From the NCBI GenBank assembly GCA_039679945.1, contig JBDKTY010000067.1, positions 2,414 to 66,413 of the forward strand: a DNA stretch of 64,000 nucleotides. Direction: 5' to 3'. Position numbers and translations under genes: made by a program. The notes beneath the pieces are model-generated. The model made no database searches. It saw nothing but the letters and a program-made list of their open reading frames with translations, and had not been told where the DNA came from. Shown here piece by piece: positions 17,661 through 27,762 of this stretch. Position 1 is the stretch's first letter. The number at the start of each line of letters is the position of its first letter. Source of the DNA: Syntrophobacter sp. GTDB taxonomy: Bacteria; Desulfobacterota; Syntrophobacteria; Syntrophobacterales; Syntrophobacteraceae.

Positions 17661-19385
17661 CTACTCCATCCGGAATCTTTCCCGGGCGACCCGGTATAAC
17701 CGTCTCCAAACCAGACGATTGATCAAAACCACCGTGATTATCATAACCAATGTGGAGGCGAGGAGCAGCGGGTAATCGCCCGATGCGGTCGCGCGCGCTA
17801 TGGTTGAGCCGATTCCGATGGTGTAGACGGTTTTCCCGGCAAAATCCACATATTCCGCGACGATGCTTGCATTCCAGGCCCCGCCCCCGGCGGCGATGGC
17901 GCCCGTGATTATATATGGGAAAAGCGCCGGGAGAATGAGAATGCGCCATCTGCTCCACGTGCCGAGTTGGAGAATGGTGGCTGTGAATTTGAGATCTTGC
18001 GGAATGGCGCTTGCCCCGGCGATTATGTTGAACAGCAGGTACCACTGCGTGCCCAGGAGCATGAGGAGGACCGCGATCAGGCTAAGTCCGCCGGGCATGC
18101 CGAGCATGAAGAGAAGGAATATCGGGAAGAGCGCGGTTGCCGGGATCGAGGCCGCGATCTGAACAACCGGCTGCAACAGGGCCGCAAGCCGCGCATTGGT
18201 CCCAATAGCCACGCCCAGCGGCAGGGTCCAGGCAAGAGCAATGAACAGGGCGAGGGTAACGCGAAGAAATGAAGCACCTATTCCAAGTCCGATCGTCCAC
18301 CACTGCGTGGCCGTAACGGTAAAAAGCATGAGGGCCGCCTGGTACAGCCCGTAAGACAGGGGAAGCGCGGCAGCCGTACAAAAAAGGATGAAGAACCAGG
18401 GATGAGGTTCCCTTTCCCGCGTGTAAGCCTGCCGGGCCGGGAAGAGCTTCATGATGGCGGAATCGAGCCGGCGGCAGACCGGCAGGAAAATCGATTCGCC
18501 CACCCAACCGACAAGCCGGGATGTCCGCCAGGCCTCATAAAACCAGGAAGTGCGCGGCGACTCGGGTTCCACCATCTCCAGCTTGAAACGCTCGGACCAG
18601 GCCAGCAGCGGCCTCCAGATGAACTGGTCGAGCGCCACGATAACAAAAACCAGCACGGCGAGCCCCCACACGATCGCGCGCATGTCCCCCTCACTAGCCG
18701 CCTCGTGAAGATACGCACCCAGTCCCGGCAGGCGAAAATCGCGCTGGCCGACCGTGAAGATTTCCGCGGCCATGAGGAAAAACCACCCGCCCGCCCAGCT
18801 CATGATGCTGTTCCAAAGAAGGCCGATGGCGGCGAAGGGCATCTGAAGCATTCGAAAACGCAACCACCAGTTGAAGTTGTAGATGGCGCTGGCTTCCGCC
18901 AGCTCATTGGGTATGGTGGTCAGCGCCTGGTACCAGGCAAAGGTGAGGTTCCATGCCTGGCTGGTGAAGATGAGGACTATCGAGGCCAGTTCCGCGGCAA
19001 TCTTGGTAGGCAAAATACTGCTGAGGCTCAAAACCACCACGGGAAGAAAAGACAGGATCGGAATGCTCTGGAGAATATCCAGGAGCGGCAGGAGCAGCTT
19101 TCGCGCATACCGGTTCCGCACCATCGAGTAGCCATAAACGATGGTGAAGATCATGGAAAGCACGTATGCGGCGGTCATCCGCCCGATCGAATATCCGGCA
19201 TACCAGGGCAGCGCCGAGGGAGAAAGTGAAATTTGAGGACCTTCAATGATTGCCGGAGCATGGAATGCCAGGCGGACGCCGTACCAGATCGAGCCGATGA
19301 GGCCCATCAATACGATGGCGTCCCCCCAGGTAAACGCGGGGAAAGCGGTCTGTTCGATTTTGAATAGATAAAGTGGCCGCTTCAT
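17661..19385 (-). CDS. ABC transporter permease, fused double permease domain (NitT/TauT family)
   Basis: 574 aa, polytopic. The size and repeated hydrophobic blocks suggest two BPD-transporter-like halves. Confidence 0.88.
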   Translation of the reverse strand: MKRPLYLFKIEQTAFPAFTWGDAIVLMGLIGSIWYGVRLAFHAPAIIEGPQISLSPSALPWYAGYSIGRMTAAYVLSMIFTIVYGYSMVRNRYARKLLLPLLDILQSIPILSFLPVVVLSLSSILPTKIAAELASIVLIFTSQAWNLTFAWYQALTTIPNELAEASAIYNFNWWLRFRMLQMPFAAIGLLWNSIMSWAGGWFFLMAAEIFTVGQRDFRLPGLGAYLHEAASEGDMRAIVWGLAVLVFVIVALDQFIWRPLLAWSERFKLEMVEPESPRTSWFYEAWRTSRLVGWVGESIFLPVCRRLDSAIMKLFPARQAYTREREPHPWFFILFCTAAALPLSYGLYQAALMLFTVTATQWWTIGLGIGASFLRVTLALFIALAWTLPLGVAIGTNARLAALLQPVVQIAASIPATALFPIFLLFMLGMPGGLSLIAVLLMLLGTQWYLLFNIIAGASAIPQDLKFTATILQLGTWSRWRILILPALFPYIITGAIAAGGGAWNASIVAEYVDFAGKTVYTIGIGSTIARATASGDYPLLLASTLVMIITVVLINRLVWRRLYRVARERFRME

Positions 19386-19682
19386 TGAATCCTGCCTCGG
19401 GCGACATCTTCAGTTCCGAAAAATCAGTCTTTCCGCGGGTCGTGCATGGAATAAAAAACCGGCAATCACTTCTACATCAATTATCGGAAGCCAGCAACAC
19501 GGGTCTAGCGCAAAAAGAAGACCGAGGCAACCCGATTCGGACCGCCTCATCGCCACTTTATGGAATTTAGCCGAATTATTTCAAATGACCTCCGGACCCG
19601 GGGTAGTCTCCGGAAAATGCCATGGTCACTGCTGCTCGATGAATCGTTTGGAATTACAATGAGATGAAAAAGATAGACGCGA

Positions 19683-19711
19683 TTGAACTTTGGGGAACGT
19701 TTTGTTATACT
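19683..19711 (+). promoter_or_regulatory. Sigma-70-type promoter candidate for pyrG
   Basis: TTGAAC, 17-nt spacer, TATACT. It lies ~90 nt upstream of the pyrG start. Confidence 0.45.
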
Positions 19712-19800
19712 AGCCTCCCGTGCGGGGATTGCCCCCGCGCCTGCACGGGCTGTAACACAGAAATTCCCGCCGACACGATCCGCTGAAAAGGGGAAATCCT

Positions 19801-21480
19801 TTGCGCCAGACGAAATTTATCTTTATTACGGGTGGAGTTTTGTCCTCCCTCGGGAAGGGCCTCGCGGCCGCTTCCATTGGGGCTCTGATGGAGAGCAGGG
19901 GCCTGCGGGTCACGCTCCAGAAACTCGATCCCTACATCAATGTCGACCCGGGGACCATGAATCCTTTTCAGCACGGCGAGGTTTTCGTCACGGACGACGG
20001 TGCTGAAACCGATCTGGACCTCGGCCATTATGAACGTTTCACCCATGCTCACCTTGGGAAAAAGAACAACTACACTTCAGGCAGCATCTATTATTCGGTA
20101 ATAATGAAGGAAAGGCGCGGCGAATACCTGGGCGGCACGGTCCAGGTGATTCCTCATATCACCGACGAGATCAAGGCCTGCATTCATGGATTCGCCGAAG
20201 GCATGGATGTGGCTATCGTCGAAATCGGCGGGACTGTCGGTGATATCGAAAGTCTTCCTTTTCTGGAAGCTATTCGCCAGTTCCGAAACGATGTCGGCCG
20301 TGAAAACGCAATGTTCGTCCATGTTACACTCGTTCCCTACCTTCCCACCTCCGGGGAAGTCAAAACCAAGCCCACCCAGCACAGCGTGAAGGAATTGCGG
20401 GGTATCGGCATACAGCCCGATATTCTCCTGTGCCGCACGGAAAAACTGCTTTCGCCCGATATAAAGGCAAAGATCGCACATTTTTGCAACGTGGACGCGG
20501 ATGCGGTAATTACGGGAAAAGACGTTGAGTGCATCTACGAAGTTCCGCAACTCTATCACGATGAGGGGCTCGACGAAAAAATCGTGAGACTGCTCAATAT
20601 ATGGACACGCGCCCCCATTCTCGACGATTGGCGGGCTCTCGTGCAGCGGATGAAAAACCCTCTCTACACCGCGCGCATCGCCATAGTGGGTAAATACATC
20701 GATCTCAAGGAATCCTATAAGAGCCTCAACGAGGCGCTCGTGCACGGCGCCGCCGCCCACGGGTTGGACCTCCAGCTTGACTACGTCGATTCCGAAAACG
20801 TGGAAAAGGATGGGGGCGAGGAGCTGGTCTTTGGCGTCGACGGCATTCTCGTTCCGGGCGGCTTCGGGCAGAGGGGTGTCGAGGGCAAGATTAAAGCGAT
20901 ACGCTACGCGCGGGAAAACCGCATACCCTTTCTCGGAATATGTCTCGGGATGCAACTCGCCACGGTCGAATTCGCCCGCAACGTAGCGGGGCTCGAGAAG
21001 GCCCACAGCATGGAGTTCGACAAACACACGCCACACCCCGTCATCTACCTGATGCGTGAGTGGTTTGATTACAAAAACAATTCCGTTATCCGCCGCGATG
21101 ACAACTTCGACTATGGCGGAACCATGCGCCTGGGCGCCTACCCCTGTGTTCTGGAACCCCAGAGCTTTGCATTCGAAGCTTACCAGCAGCCTGAAATCTC
21201 CGAGCGCCATCGCCACCGGTATGAATTCAACAACCAGTACAGGGACATACTGGCGGAAAACGGCATGCGCTTCACCGGCCTCTCGCCCGACCGCAATCTG
21301 ATCGAGATAATCGAGCTTCCCGAGCATCCCTGGTTTCTGGGGTGCCAATTCCATCCTGAGTTTAAGTCGCGGCCGATGGAGCCTCATCCCATCTTCGCCG
21401 CTTTTGCCGGGAAAGCCCTTGAGGAAGCTCGACGCAAGAACCCCAATCTGCTCCCCAAATGCGTTTTTCCCGGGAGTTGA
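19801..21480 (+). CDS. pyrG: CTP synthase
   Basis: [16 protein letters not shown] at the N-terminus and the glutamine amidotransferase motif GICLGMQ. TTG start. Confidence 0.97.
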   Translation: MRQTKFIFITGGVLSSLGKGLAAASIGALMESRGLRVTLQKLDPYINVDPGTMNPFQHGEVFVTDDGAETDLDLGHYERFTHAHLGKKNNYTSGSIYYSVIMKERRGEYLGGTVQVIPHITDEIKACIHGFAEGMDVAIVEIGGTVGDIESLPFLEAIRQFRNDVGRENAMFVHVTLVPYLPTSGEVKTKPTQHSVKELRGIGIQPDILLCRTEKLLSPDIKAKIAHFCNVDADAVITGKDVECIYEVPQLYHDEGLDEKIVRLLNIWTRAPILDDWRALVQRMKNPLYTARIAIVGKYIDLKESYKSLNEALVHGAAAHGLDLQLDYVDSENVEKDGGEELVFGVDGILVPGGFGQRGVEGKIKAIRYARENRIPFLGICLGMQLATVEFARNVAGLEKAHSMEFDKHTPHPVIYLMREWFDYKNNSVIRRDDNFDYGGTMRLGAYPCVLEPQSFAFEAYQQPEISERHRHRYEFNNQYRDILAENGMRFTGLSPDRNLIEIIELPEHPWFLGCQFHPEFKSRPMEPHPIFAAFAGKALEEARRKNPNLLPKCVFPGS

Positions 21481-21481
21481 C

Positions 21482-22294
21482 GTGGGCGGATTCGAACTAT
21501 TCGGCAAACAATTCGGACCGGACCGCCTCTTCCTTATCGGCGGACCATGCGTGATCGAAAGCGAAGAGCTGGCTTTTCAGGTGGCATCCTTTCTCAAGGA
21601 TACCTGCACGCGCCTGCGCATCCCTTTTGTATTCAAGAGTTCCTACGACAAGGCGAACCGGACCTCGGTCCATTCCTACCGCGGTCCGGGGCTCAAGGAG
21701 GGGCTTTCCGTACTGGCGCATATCCGCGAGGAACTCGAAATCCCAGTTCTCACGGACGTGCACACACAAGCGGAAGTTGGCCCCGTGAGCGAAGTCGTCG
21801 ACATCCTCCAGATCCCCGCGTTTCTCGTGCGCCAGACTGACCTCGTCACGGAGGCTGGCCGGACGGGAAAGCCGGTCAACCTGAAAAAGGCTCAGTTCCT
21901 TGCTCCGCGTGACATGGCCCAGGTTATCGCAAAGGTGCGCGACACAGGTAACGAGCGGATCATGCTGACGGAACGCGGCACGCAGTTCGGCTACAACAAT
22001 CTTGTGGTCGATATGCGGTCCATCCCCATCATGTCGGAGTTCGGTTATCCGGTGGTATTCGATGCCACTCACAGCGTTCAACTTCCGGGGGCGCAGGGAA
22101 CCAGTTCGGGGGGAGATCGTCAGTACGTCTCCTCCCTTGCATGCGCGGCGGTTGCCGCTGGCGCGCACGGCATTTTCATAGAAACACATCCCGATCCCGA
22201 TAGAGCGCTGTGCGACGGGCCCAACTCGCTTGCGCTGGAGCAAACCGCATCCTTGCTGGAAAAGCTGCTCGCTATCCATGACGTGGTGAAATGA
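21482..22294 (+). CDS. kdsA: 2-dehydro-3-deoxyphosphooctonate (KDO-8-P) aldolase
   Basis: LIGGPCVIESEE...FKSSYDKANRTS...DATHSVQLPG. I chose the GTG start after a GGGAG RBS, immediately after the pyrG stop. Confidence 0.93.
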   Translation: MGGFELFGKQFGPDRLFLIGGPCVIESEELAFQVASFLKDTCTRLRIPFVFKSSYDKANRTSVHSYRGPGLKEGLSVLAHIREELEIPVLTDVHTQAEVGPVSEVVDILQIPAFLVRQTDLVTEAGRTGKPVNLKKAQFLAPRDMAQVIAKVRDTGNERIMLTERGTQFGYNNLVVDMRSIPIMSEFGYPVVFDATHSVQLPGAQGTSSGGDRQYVSSLACAAVAAGAHGIFIETHPDPDRALCDGPNSLALEQTASLLEKLLAIHDVVK

Positions 22295-22366
22295 CGGATT
22301 TTCCCCGGGGCTCGCGGACTCACTTTCCGGGGTGCATCGCATCCGGACCGGATGGAGGAATGCAGT

Positions 22367-22918
22367 ATGGCTTTAGATGAAGAGGGGCAGGAACTCGGGG
22401 AGCGTATTTCACGGGTCCGGCTGATGATTTTCGACGTGGACGGGGTGCTCACCGACGGACGTGTGATTTACCTGGATAACGGCACCGAGATAAAAGAATT
22501 CAATGCGCAGGATGGCCATGGAATAAAGCTGCTCCAGCGGGCAGGGATCGAGGTTGCGTTGATATCTGGCAGGGCCTGCCCGGCCGTTGAACATCGGGCG
22601 GCGGGTCTCGGCATCCAAAGAGTGTATCAGGACATCAAGATCAAAGTGGAAGCCTATCTCCAGCTTCTCGCGGATACCGGCCTCACGGAGCGGGAGACCG
22701 GCTATATGGGCGACGACCTGATTGATATCCCCGTCATGCGCCGGGCCGGATTTTCCGTCGCCGTACCCAATGCGGCGCCCCATGTGTTTCCATACGCCCA
22801 CTACATCACAAAGGCGAGCGGTGGGCGCGGCGCGGCCCGCGAAGTCTGTGAGATGATCCTGAAGGCTCAGAATCTTTGGGACTCCGTAACGTCCCGGTAT
22901 TTTGCCGACCCCATGTAG
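22367..22918 (+). CDS. kdsC: KDO-8-phosphate phosphatase (HAD family)
   Basis: FDVDGVLTDG...DGHGIKLL...GDDLIDIPVM. A GGAGG RBS precedes the ATG at 22367. Confidence 0.88.
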   Translation: MALDEEGQELGERISRVRLMIFDVDGVLTDGRVIYLDNGTEIKEFNAQDGHGIKLLQRAGIEVALISGRACPAVEHRAAGLGIQRVYQDIKIKVEAYLQLLADTGLTERETGYMGDDLIDIPVMRRAGFSVAVPNAAPHVFPYAHYITKASGGRGAAREVCEMILKAQNLWDSVTSRYFADPM

Positions 22919-23270
22919 CATTGCTATGCGGTTCCCGGTCACGGCAGTCTTCGGTCCATGGGGGAATTGTTCCTCCTGCGCATTCGTGAAAGCTCTACTT
23001 TCGAACCGCGACGGGGCAGGCCCGGAAGAGTCATTCGATGATATTGGCGGATAAATTCACATGCGGCATTTTCCAGGCGTTTCGAATCGTTACGGAATAT
23101 GGCTTTACACTGGATACAGCGCCGTGATAGACTGTTCATATACGTGTAATCTATTTAATTGATTGACGATTTTCTGATTTGGAAGACGGTTTTCCGAGAG
23201 TAGGGCCATTTCCCGTAAAAAAATAGCACAGGGATTCATTATTCTGGTAATCGCGGGTCTCAGTCTAGTA

Positions 23271-23792
23271 TTGATAGCCGGAATATGGAAGGGAAAGGGC
23301 CCCGGAAGCAACCCGAGGGACTCGGGGCCGATTATTTCCGATTCCGAAATGAAGCTGACGGAAATAGAATTCACCGAAATGGAGCAGGGAAAGAGGCTCT
23401 GGACCCTGCACGCGGCGGAGGCAACTTACTACCAGGACAGGCAACGGACCGCTCTCAAGACGGTGCACATGACGTTCTACCTCGATAACGATGAGGAGGT
23501 GCATCTTGAGAGCCGTGAGGGCATATTCAACACTGTGAGCAAGAATGTCCAGCTCCGGGAGGATGTGCGCGCGAAGCTGCCCCGGGGTTACGTCGTCACT
23601 ACCGAGAGGGTGAATTATAACCATAGCCTGAGGACTGTTTCCTCGGACAAGCGTATACACCTCACGGGCCCGGGGGCGCAAATACAGGGAAATACGTGGG
23701 AGTACAAGATCAACGACCGCATGGGTACCGCTAATGGAGAGATCACTGTCTCACTGGTCCTGCCGGAGCTGCGGCTTGAAAAATCTCCGTGA
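23271..23792 (+). CDS. lptC: LPS export protein LptC (start uncertain; the frame is open back to 23178)
   Basis: It sits between kdsC and lptA and has an OstA-like beta-rich sequence. The expected N-terminal TM helix KKIAQGFIILVIAGLSLVLIAGIW is encoded in frame upstream of the first canonical start. Confidence 0.7.
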   Translation: MIAGIWKGKGPGSNPRDSGPIISDSEMKLTEIEFTEMEQGKRLWTLHAAEATYYQDRQRTALKTVHMTFYLDNDEEVHLESREGIFNTVSKNVQLREDVRAKLPRGYVVTTERVNYNHSLRTVSSDKRIHLTGPGAQIQGNTWEYKINDRMGTANGEITVSLVLPELRLEKSP

Positions 23793-23896
23793 GTTGAGAC
23801 GGAGAACACCGCTCCGGCATTTATGGTCAGAGCATTCTGTATGACATTCATTCGGGACGATGTTCGGCAGAGACATTGTCCACAAAACGAGGATAT

Positions 23897-24571
23897 ATGA
23901 AAACCGCTGCTTCCAGGATGATTTTTGACGGGCTGCTTCTGGCTGTTTTCCTGTCGTCTACTCTTCTTTTCCCAGTCGGCGCGGATGCCGCGGGCAAGCC
24001 GCAGACACAGGCCAAACCCGTCCAGAAACAGGCGGAACCAGCCAAAAAACCGGCGGACCCCGTTCAGAAGCAGGAAAGCTCCATCACGGACAAGTTTGCG
24101 ACCAGCCAGTCTCCGATCTATATCACCGCGGACCGGATGGAGGTGCGCCAGGAAGAAAAGATTGTCACTTTCGAGGGCCATGTTGTAGTCAAGCAGGATG
24201 ATGCCGTCATTACCGGCAACAGGCTTAAAGTGGTGGGACTATCCACCGATAAGGAAGATAAGAGCGCCAAGAAAGTGAACAAGGCTGATAAGGGCGACTC
24301 TGCCGGGATGGCTGAGAAAATAGATTACATCGAGGTCGAAGGAGATGTTAAAGTAACCCAGCAAGACCGGATCGCCACGGCGGATAAGGCGATTTTCTAC
24401 CAGCAGGACCAGAAGATAATTTTGCGGGGCCATCCGACCGTGACAAAGGGAAAAGACAAGATCGAGGGCTCGGTGATTACGATTTTTCTCCAGCAGAACC
24501 GAAGCGTCGTGGAGGGTGGAAAGGAAATCCCCGTCCAGGCGGTTTTGTTCCCCGGCAACAAGAAGGAATAG
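23897..24571 (+). CDS. lptA: LPS export periplasmic protein LptA (OstA-like)
   Basis: Signal peptide, ITADRMEV...VTFEGHVVV repeat pattern, and position before lptB. Confidence 0.85.
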   Translation: MKTAASRMIFDGLLLAVFLSSTLLFPVGADAAGKPQTQAKPVQKQAEPAKKPADPVQKQESSITDKFATSQSPIYITADRMEVRQEEKIVTFEGHVVVKQDDAVITGNRLKVVGLSTDKEDKSAKKVNKADKGDSAGMAEKIDYIEVEGDVKVTQQDRIATADKAIFYQQDQKIILRGHPTVTKGKDKIEGSVITIFLQQNRSVVEGGKEIPVQAVLFPGNKKE

Positions 24572-24574
24572 CCC

Positions 24575-25309
24575 GTGTCCGAACCTCGGAAAAAGCTGGT
24601 GGTGGAAAATCTGGTCAAGGAGTACGGCGGCCGCCGTGTCGTGGACAATGTCTGCCTGGAACTGCATGAGGCGCAAATTGTTGGCCTCCTGGGACCGAAT
24701 GGGGCCGGAAAATCAACGACCTTTTACAGCATTGTGGGTATAATTCGGCCAGACAGCGGCGCGGTTTATCTTAATGACGAAAACATCATAGGCCAGCCGA
24801 TGTACCAGAGGGCACGGAAAGGAATAACCTACCTGTCCCAGGAGCCCTCGGTATTTAGGAAGCTTACGGTGGAACAGAATATACTGGCGATCCTGGAGAC
24901 AATGCCGATAGGCAGGCAGGAGCGGCAGGCAAGGTTAAAAGAGCTTTTGGGTGATCTGAGGCTGGAGCACCTGGCCGGCAACAAGGCTGACCGGCTCTCC
25001 GGAGGGGAGCGCAGGCGCGTGGAAATTACCCGCGCCCTGGTTACTCAGCCCAGCTTCATCCTGCTGGACGAACCGTTTGCCGGAATCGATCCGCTGGCGG
25101 TTCTCGAGATCCAGGGACTTATCCGGGCTCTCAAGTCGAAAGGTATCGGAGTGCTCATTTCCGATCACAATGTAAGGGAGACACTGAAAGTATGCGATTG
25201 GGCCTATATAATGCACGAGGGCCGCATCCTCGAAAAAGGCGACCCGATGGGAATTGCTCAAAGCGACCTTGCCAGGCGCACCTATCTTGGCGATCAGTTC
25301 AGTCTGTGA
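24575..25309 (+). CDS. lptB: LPS export ABC ATPase LptB
   Basis: GPNGAGKSTTF, LSGGERRRVEI, ILLDEPFAGIDP. Confidence 0.93.
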   Translation: MSEPRKKLVVENLVKEYGGRRVVDNVCLELHEAQIVGLLGPNGAGKSTTFYSIVGIIRPDSGAVYLNDENIIGQPMYQRARKGITYLSQEPSVFRKLTVEQNILAILETMPIGRQERQARLKELLGDLRLEHLAGNKADRLSGGERRRVEITRALVTQPSFILLDEPFAGIDPLAVLEIQGLIRALKSKGIGVLISDHNVRETLKVCDWAYIMHEGRILEKGDPMGIAQSDLARRTYLGDQFSL

Positions 25310-25320
25310 TGGATTAGGTA

Positions 25321-26775
25321 ATGGCGGGATTTGAACTTAAACAGCAACTGAAATTGAGCCAGCAGCTCATAATGACCCCGCAGCTCCAGCAGGCCATTAA
25401 GCTGCTGCAGCTATCGAGGTTGGAGCTTCTCGAGACCATTAACCAGGAACTCGAAACGAACCCCCTGTTGGAAGAGACTCAGGAAGAACTTCCCACCGAA
25501 CAGGATGCTGAGCTGGAAACCCTCACCAATACCGAAACTCCCTTCCAGGAAGTGCAGCTCTCGGAAACAAAGATAAGAGAAGACTTCGATTGGGAAGGCT
25601 ACCTCGACGAATACAACACGAGTACTCCCGTCCTTGTAGAGACCGATCCCAACCAGGAATGGCCCAGCTTCGACAGCCGATTGACCGAACCCACGACCCT
25701 GGAAGACCACCTTGTCTGGCAGCTTCGCCTCTCCGACTGCAACGAGCAGGAAAGGGAAATCGGCGGCACCATCATAGGCAACCTCAACAAAGATGGCTAC
25801 CTGGAAGCGACGATTGAAGAAATCGCCGAAATGACGGGAGCTGACACGAGCAAGGTTGAACAGGTCCTGGCAAGGGTGCAGACTTTCGACCCGACCGGTG
25901 TCGCCGCGAGGGATCTAAAGGAATGCCTTCTGATCCAGGCCAGGGCGCTGGAGCTTGAAGATCCGCTGGCTGTCCGCATCATAGAGGATCATCTCCATTA
26001 CCTCGAAACAAAGAACTACGCCGCGCTCGTCCGCACGCTGAAGCGAAGCCCCGAGGAAGTCAAGGCAGCGGTGGAAATCATCCTCGGACTGGACCCGAGA
26101 CCCGGAAGCGCCTTCAACAAGGAAACCGTTGAGTATATCAGCCCCGACATATACGTTTTCAAGGTCGACGAGGAATGGGTGATACTGCTCAATGAAGACG
26201 GAATGCCCAAGTTGAGGGTCAGCCCCTACTACAAGGATGCCCTTGGAGAGGGGGAGTCGCTTTCAAACGATACCAGGGACTATATCCAGACGAAGTTGCG
26301 CTCCGCCGCATGGCTGATAAAGAGCATCCACCAGAGACAGCGAACCCTCTACAAGGTTTCCCACAGCATAGTAAAGCTCCAGTCGGACTTTTTCGAAAAG
26401 GGCGTGGCGCACCTCAAGCCCATGGTGTTGCGCGACATAGCCGAAGACGTCGGGATGCATGAATCCACCATCAGCCGGGTTACCGCCAGCAAATACATGC
26501 ACACGCCGCACGGAATTTTCGAACTCAAATACTTCTTCAACAGCTCCATAAACAGCGTCATGGGTGAGGCCGTCGCCTCGGAAAGCGTAAAGGAGCGGAT
26601 TCGGCAGATAGTGCGGGAGGAAAATTCCTCAAAACCGTACAGTGACCAGGAGATAGTGGAGATTCTTGAGAAGGAAAATATCAGCATTGCCCGGCGCACG
26701 GTTGCCAAGTATAGGGAAATGCTGGGTATTTTGCCATCCAACAGACGCAAGAAAACTTGCTGGGGCCCCTCCTGA
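25321..26775 (+). CDS. rpoN: RNA polymerase sigma-54 factor
   Basis: Region I LKLSQQLIMTPQLQQAIKLLQLSRLEL and RpoN box ARRTVAKYRE. Confidence 0.96.
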   Translation: MAGFELKQQLKLSQQLIMTPQLQQAIKLLQLSRLELLETINQELETNPLLEETQEELPTEQDAELETLTNTETPFQEVQLSETKIREDFDWEGYLDEYNTSTPVLVETDPNQEWPSFDSRLTEPTTLEDHLVWQLRLSDCNEQEREIGGTIIGNLNKDGYLEATIEEIAEMTGADTSKVEQVLARVQTFDPTGVAARDLKECLLIQARALELEDPLAVRIIEDHLHYLETKNYAALVRTLKRSPEEVKAAVEIILGLDPRPGSAFNKETVEYISPDIYVFKVDEEWVILLNEDGMPKLRVSPYYKDALGEGESLSNDTRDYIQTKLRSAAWLIKSIHQRQRTLYKVSHSIVKLQSDFFEKGVAHLKPMVLRDIAEDVGMHESTISRVTASKYMHTPHGIFELKYFFNSSINSVMGEAVASESVKERIRQIVREENSSKPYSDQEIVEILEKENISIARRTVAKYREMLGILPSNRRKKTCWGPS

Positions 26776-26978
26776 TGGGTATCATGAGGTTGCTTGGGTC
26801 CGGCTTAGACGATTCCAGTCGGGCAGGGTTTCGGCCTGCCCGGTATACACATCGCGCCCCGCTGCCGTTCCATTTCACAGGGTTGCGGGAGCATGCGGCT
26901 AAAGTTGGAAAGTTCTCACCGCGCCGCGTGCAGCGTTGGATCGGCGATAGCTGAAAACAGCGTCTCAGGAGAAATGCC

Positions 26979-27521
26979 ATGCAGATTAACGTTTCGTTCC
27001 GCCACATCGAGGCATCCGACCCCTTGAAGCTCTATGCCGAGGACAAGATTTCCAGGGTCAAGCGATTTCTGAAGGAGCCAATAGAAGCCCACGTGGTGCT
27101 TAAGGTCGAGAAATTCCGGCATATAGCCGAAGTATCGATCGATGCTCCGGGTCTGCACCTGAACGGGGCCGAAGAAACCGACGACATGTATTCGAGCATC
27201 GACTTGCTTGTGGACAGTTTGGAGGGGCAGGTCAAGAAGGGCAAGAGCAAGGTCATGCGGCGCCGGCCGGCCGGGTTTGACAAGGAATCGGCGGTGCAGG
27301 CCGAGCCCGCCGGCGAGTCGATAGCGGCGGAAGACGAGGAACAGCGTATAATCAGGGCCGAGCAGGTCTACGCAAAGCCCATGGACCTGGATGAAGCTGT
27401 CATGCAGCTCAATCTCACAACCGGTGAATTCATCGTCTTCACCAACCGAAGAACGAACAGGATAAACGTCCTGTACCGCAGAAAAGACGGCAATCTCGGT
27501 CTTATCGAAACGGTTGGATAA
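26979..27521 (+). CDS. hpf: Ribosome hibernation promoting factor (long form)
   Basis: MQINVSFRHIEASDPLKLYAEDKI... plus a C-terminal dimerisation domain FIVFTNRRTNRINVLYRRKDGNLGLIE. Confidence 0.9.
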   Translation: MQINVSFRHIEASDPLKLYAEDKISRVKRFLKEPIEAHVVLKVEKFRHIAEVSIDAPGLHLNGAEETDDMYSSIDLLVDSLEGQVKKGKSKVMRRRPAGFDKESAVQAEPAGESIAAEDEEQRIIRAEQVYAKPMDLDEAVMQLNLTTGEFIVFTNRRTNRINVLYRRKDGNLGLIETVG

Positions 27522-27762
27522 AGGAGAATGAAGCGGTCATCGCGGCAGTTGACCGCAAATAAAAAGCGAGCAAATTATTTCTAAATTTTAATACATCCGG
27601 TACCGTTTTTGAATATAATCATGGGGCGGGAATCCTTTTCCGCCCTGATTCAATTAAGGTGTTGAGAGTCCAGGGGATCGGGATCGCTTTTTGCGGCCCG
27701 TGGTTTTGTTTTTCCCCTTAGAATTCCGATATCACATATTCTAGTGCCGACAGAGGGGCTTG

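Noticed and set aside
20077-21507. 476-aa minus-strand ORF. Similar long antisense ORFs occur at 42952-44343, 47865-48881, 54742-56142, 57316-58668 and 60124-62253.
   Set aside because: Each lies entirely antisense to a highly conserved, confidently identified gene (pyrG, the gspE-like gene, the metE-like gene, pheS, pheT, purL). They are the usual GC-driven open antisense frames.
22939-23374. Minus-strand ORFs of 66 and 89 aa in the kdsC-lptC spacer
   Set aside because: They have no RBS and an Arg-rich composition. One overlaps the in-frame lptC membrane-anchor region on the other strand.
27528-27584. 18-codon basic ORF (MKRSSRQLTANKKRANYF) with an AAGGAG RBS directly after hpf
   Set aside because: It is too short to support from sequence alone. 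The RBS-like string overlaps the hpf stop codon. This is noted only as something Ribo-seq could test.
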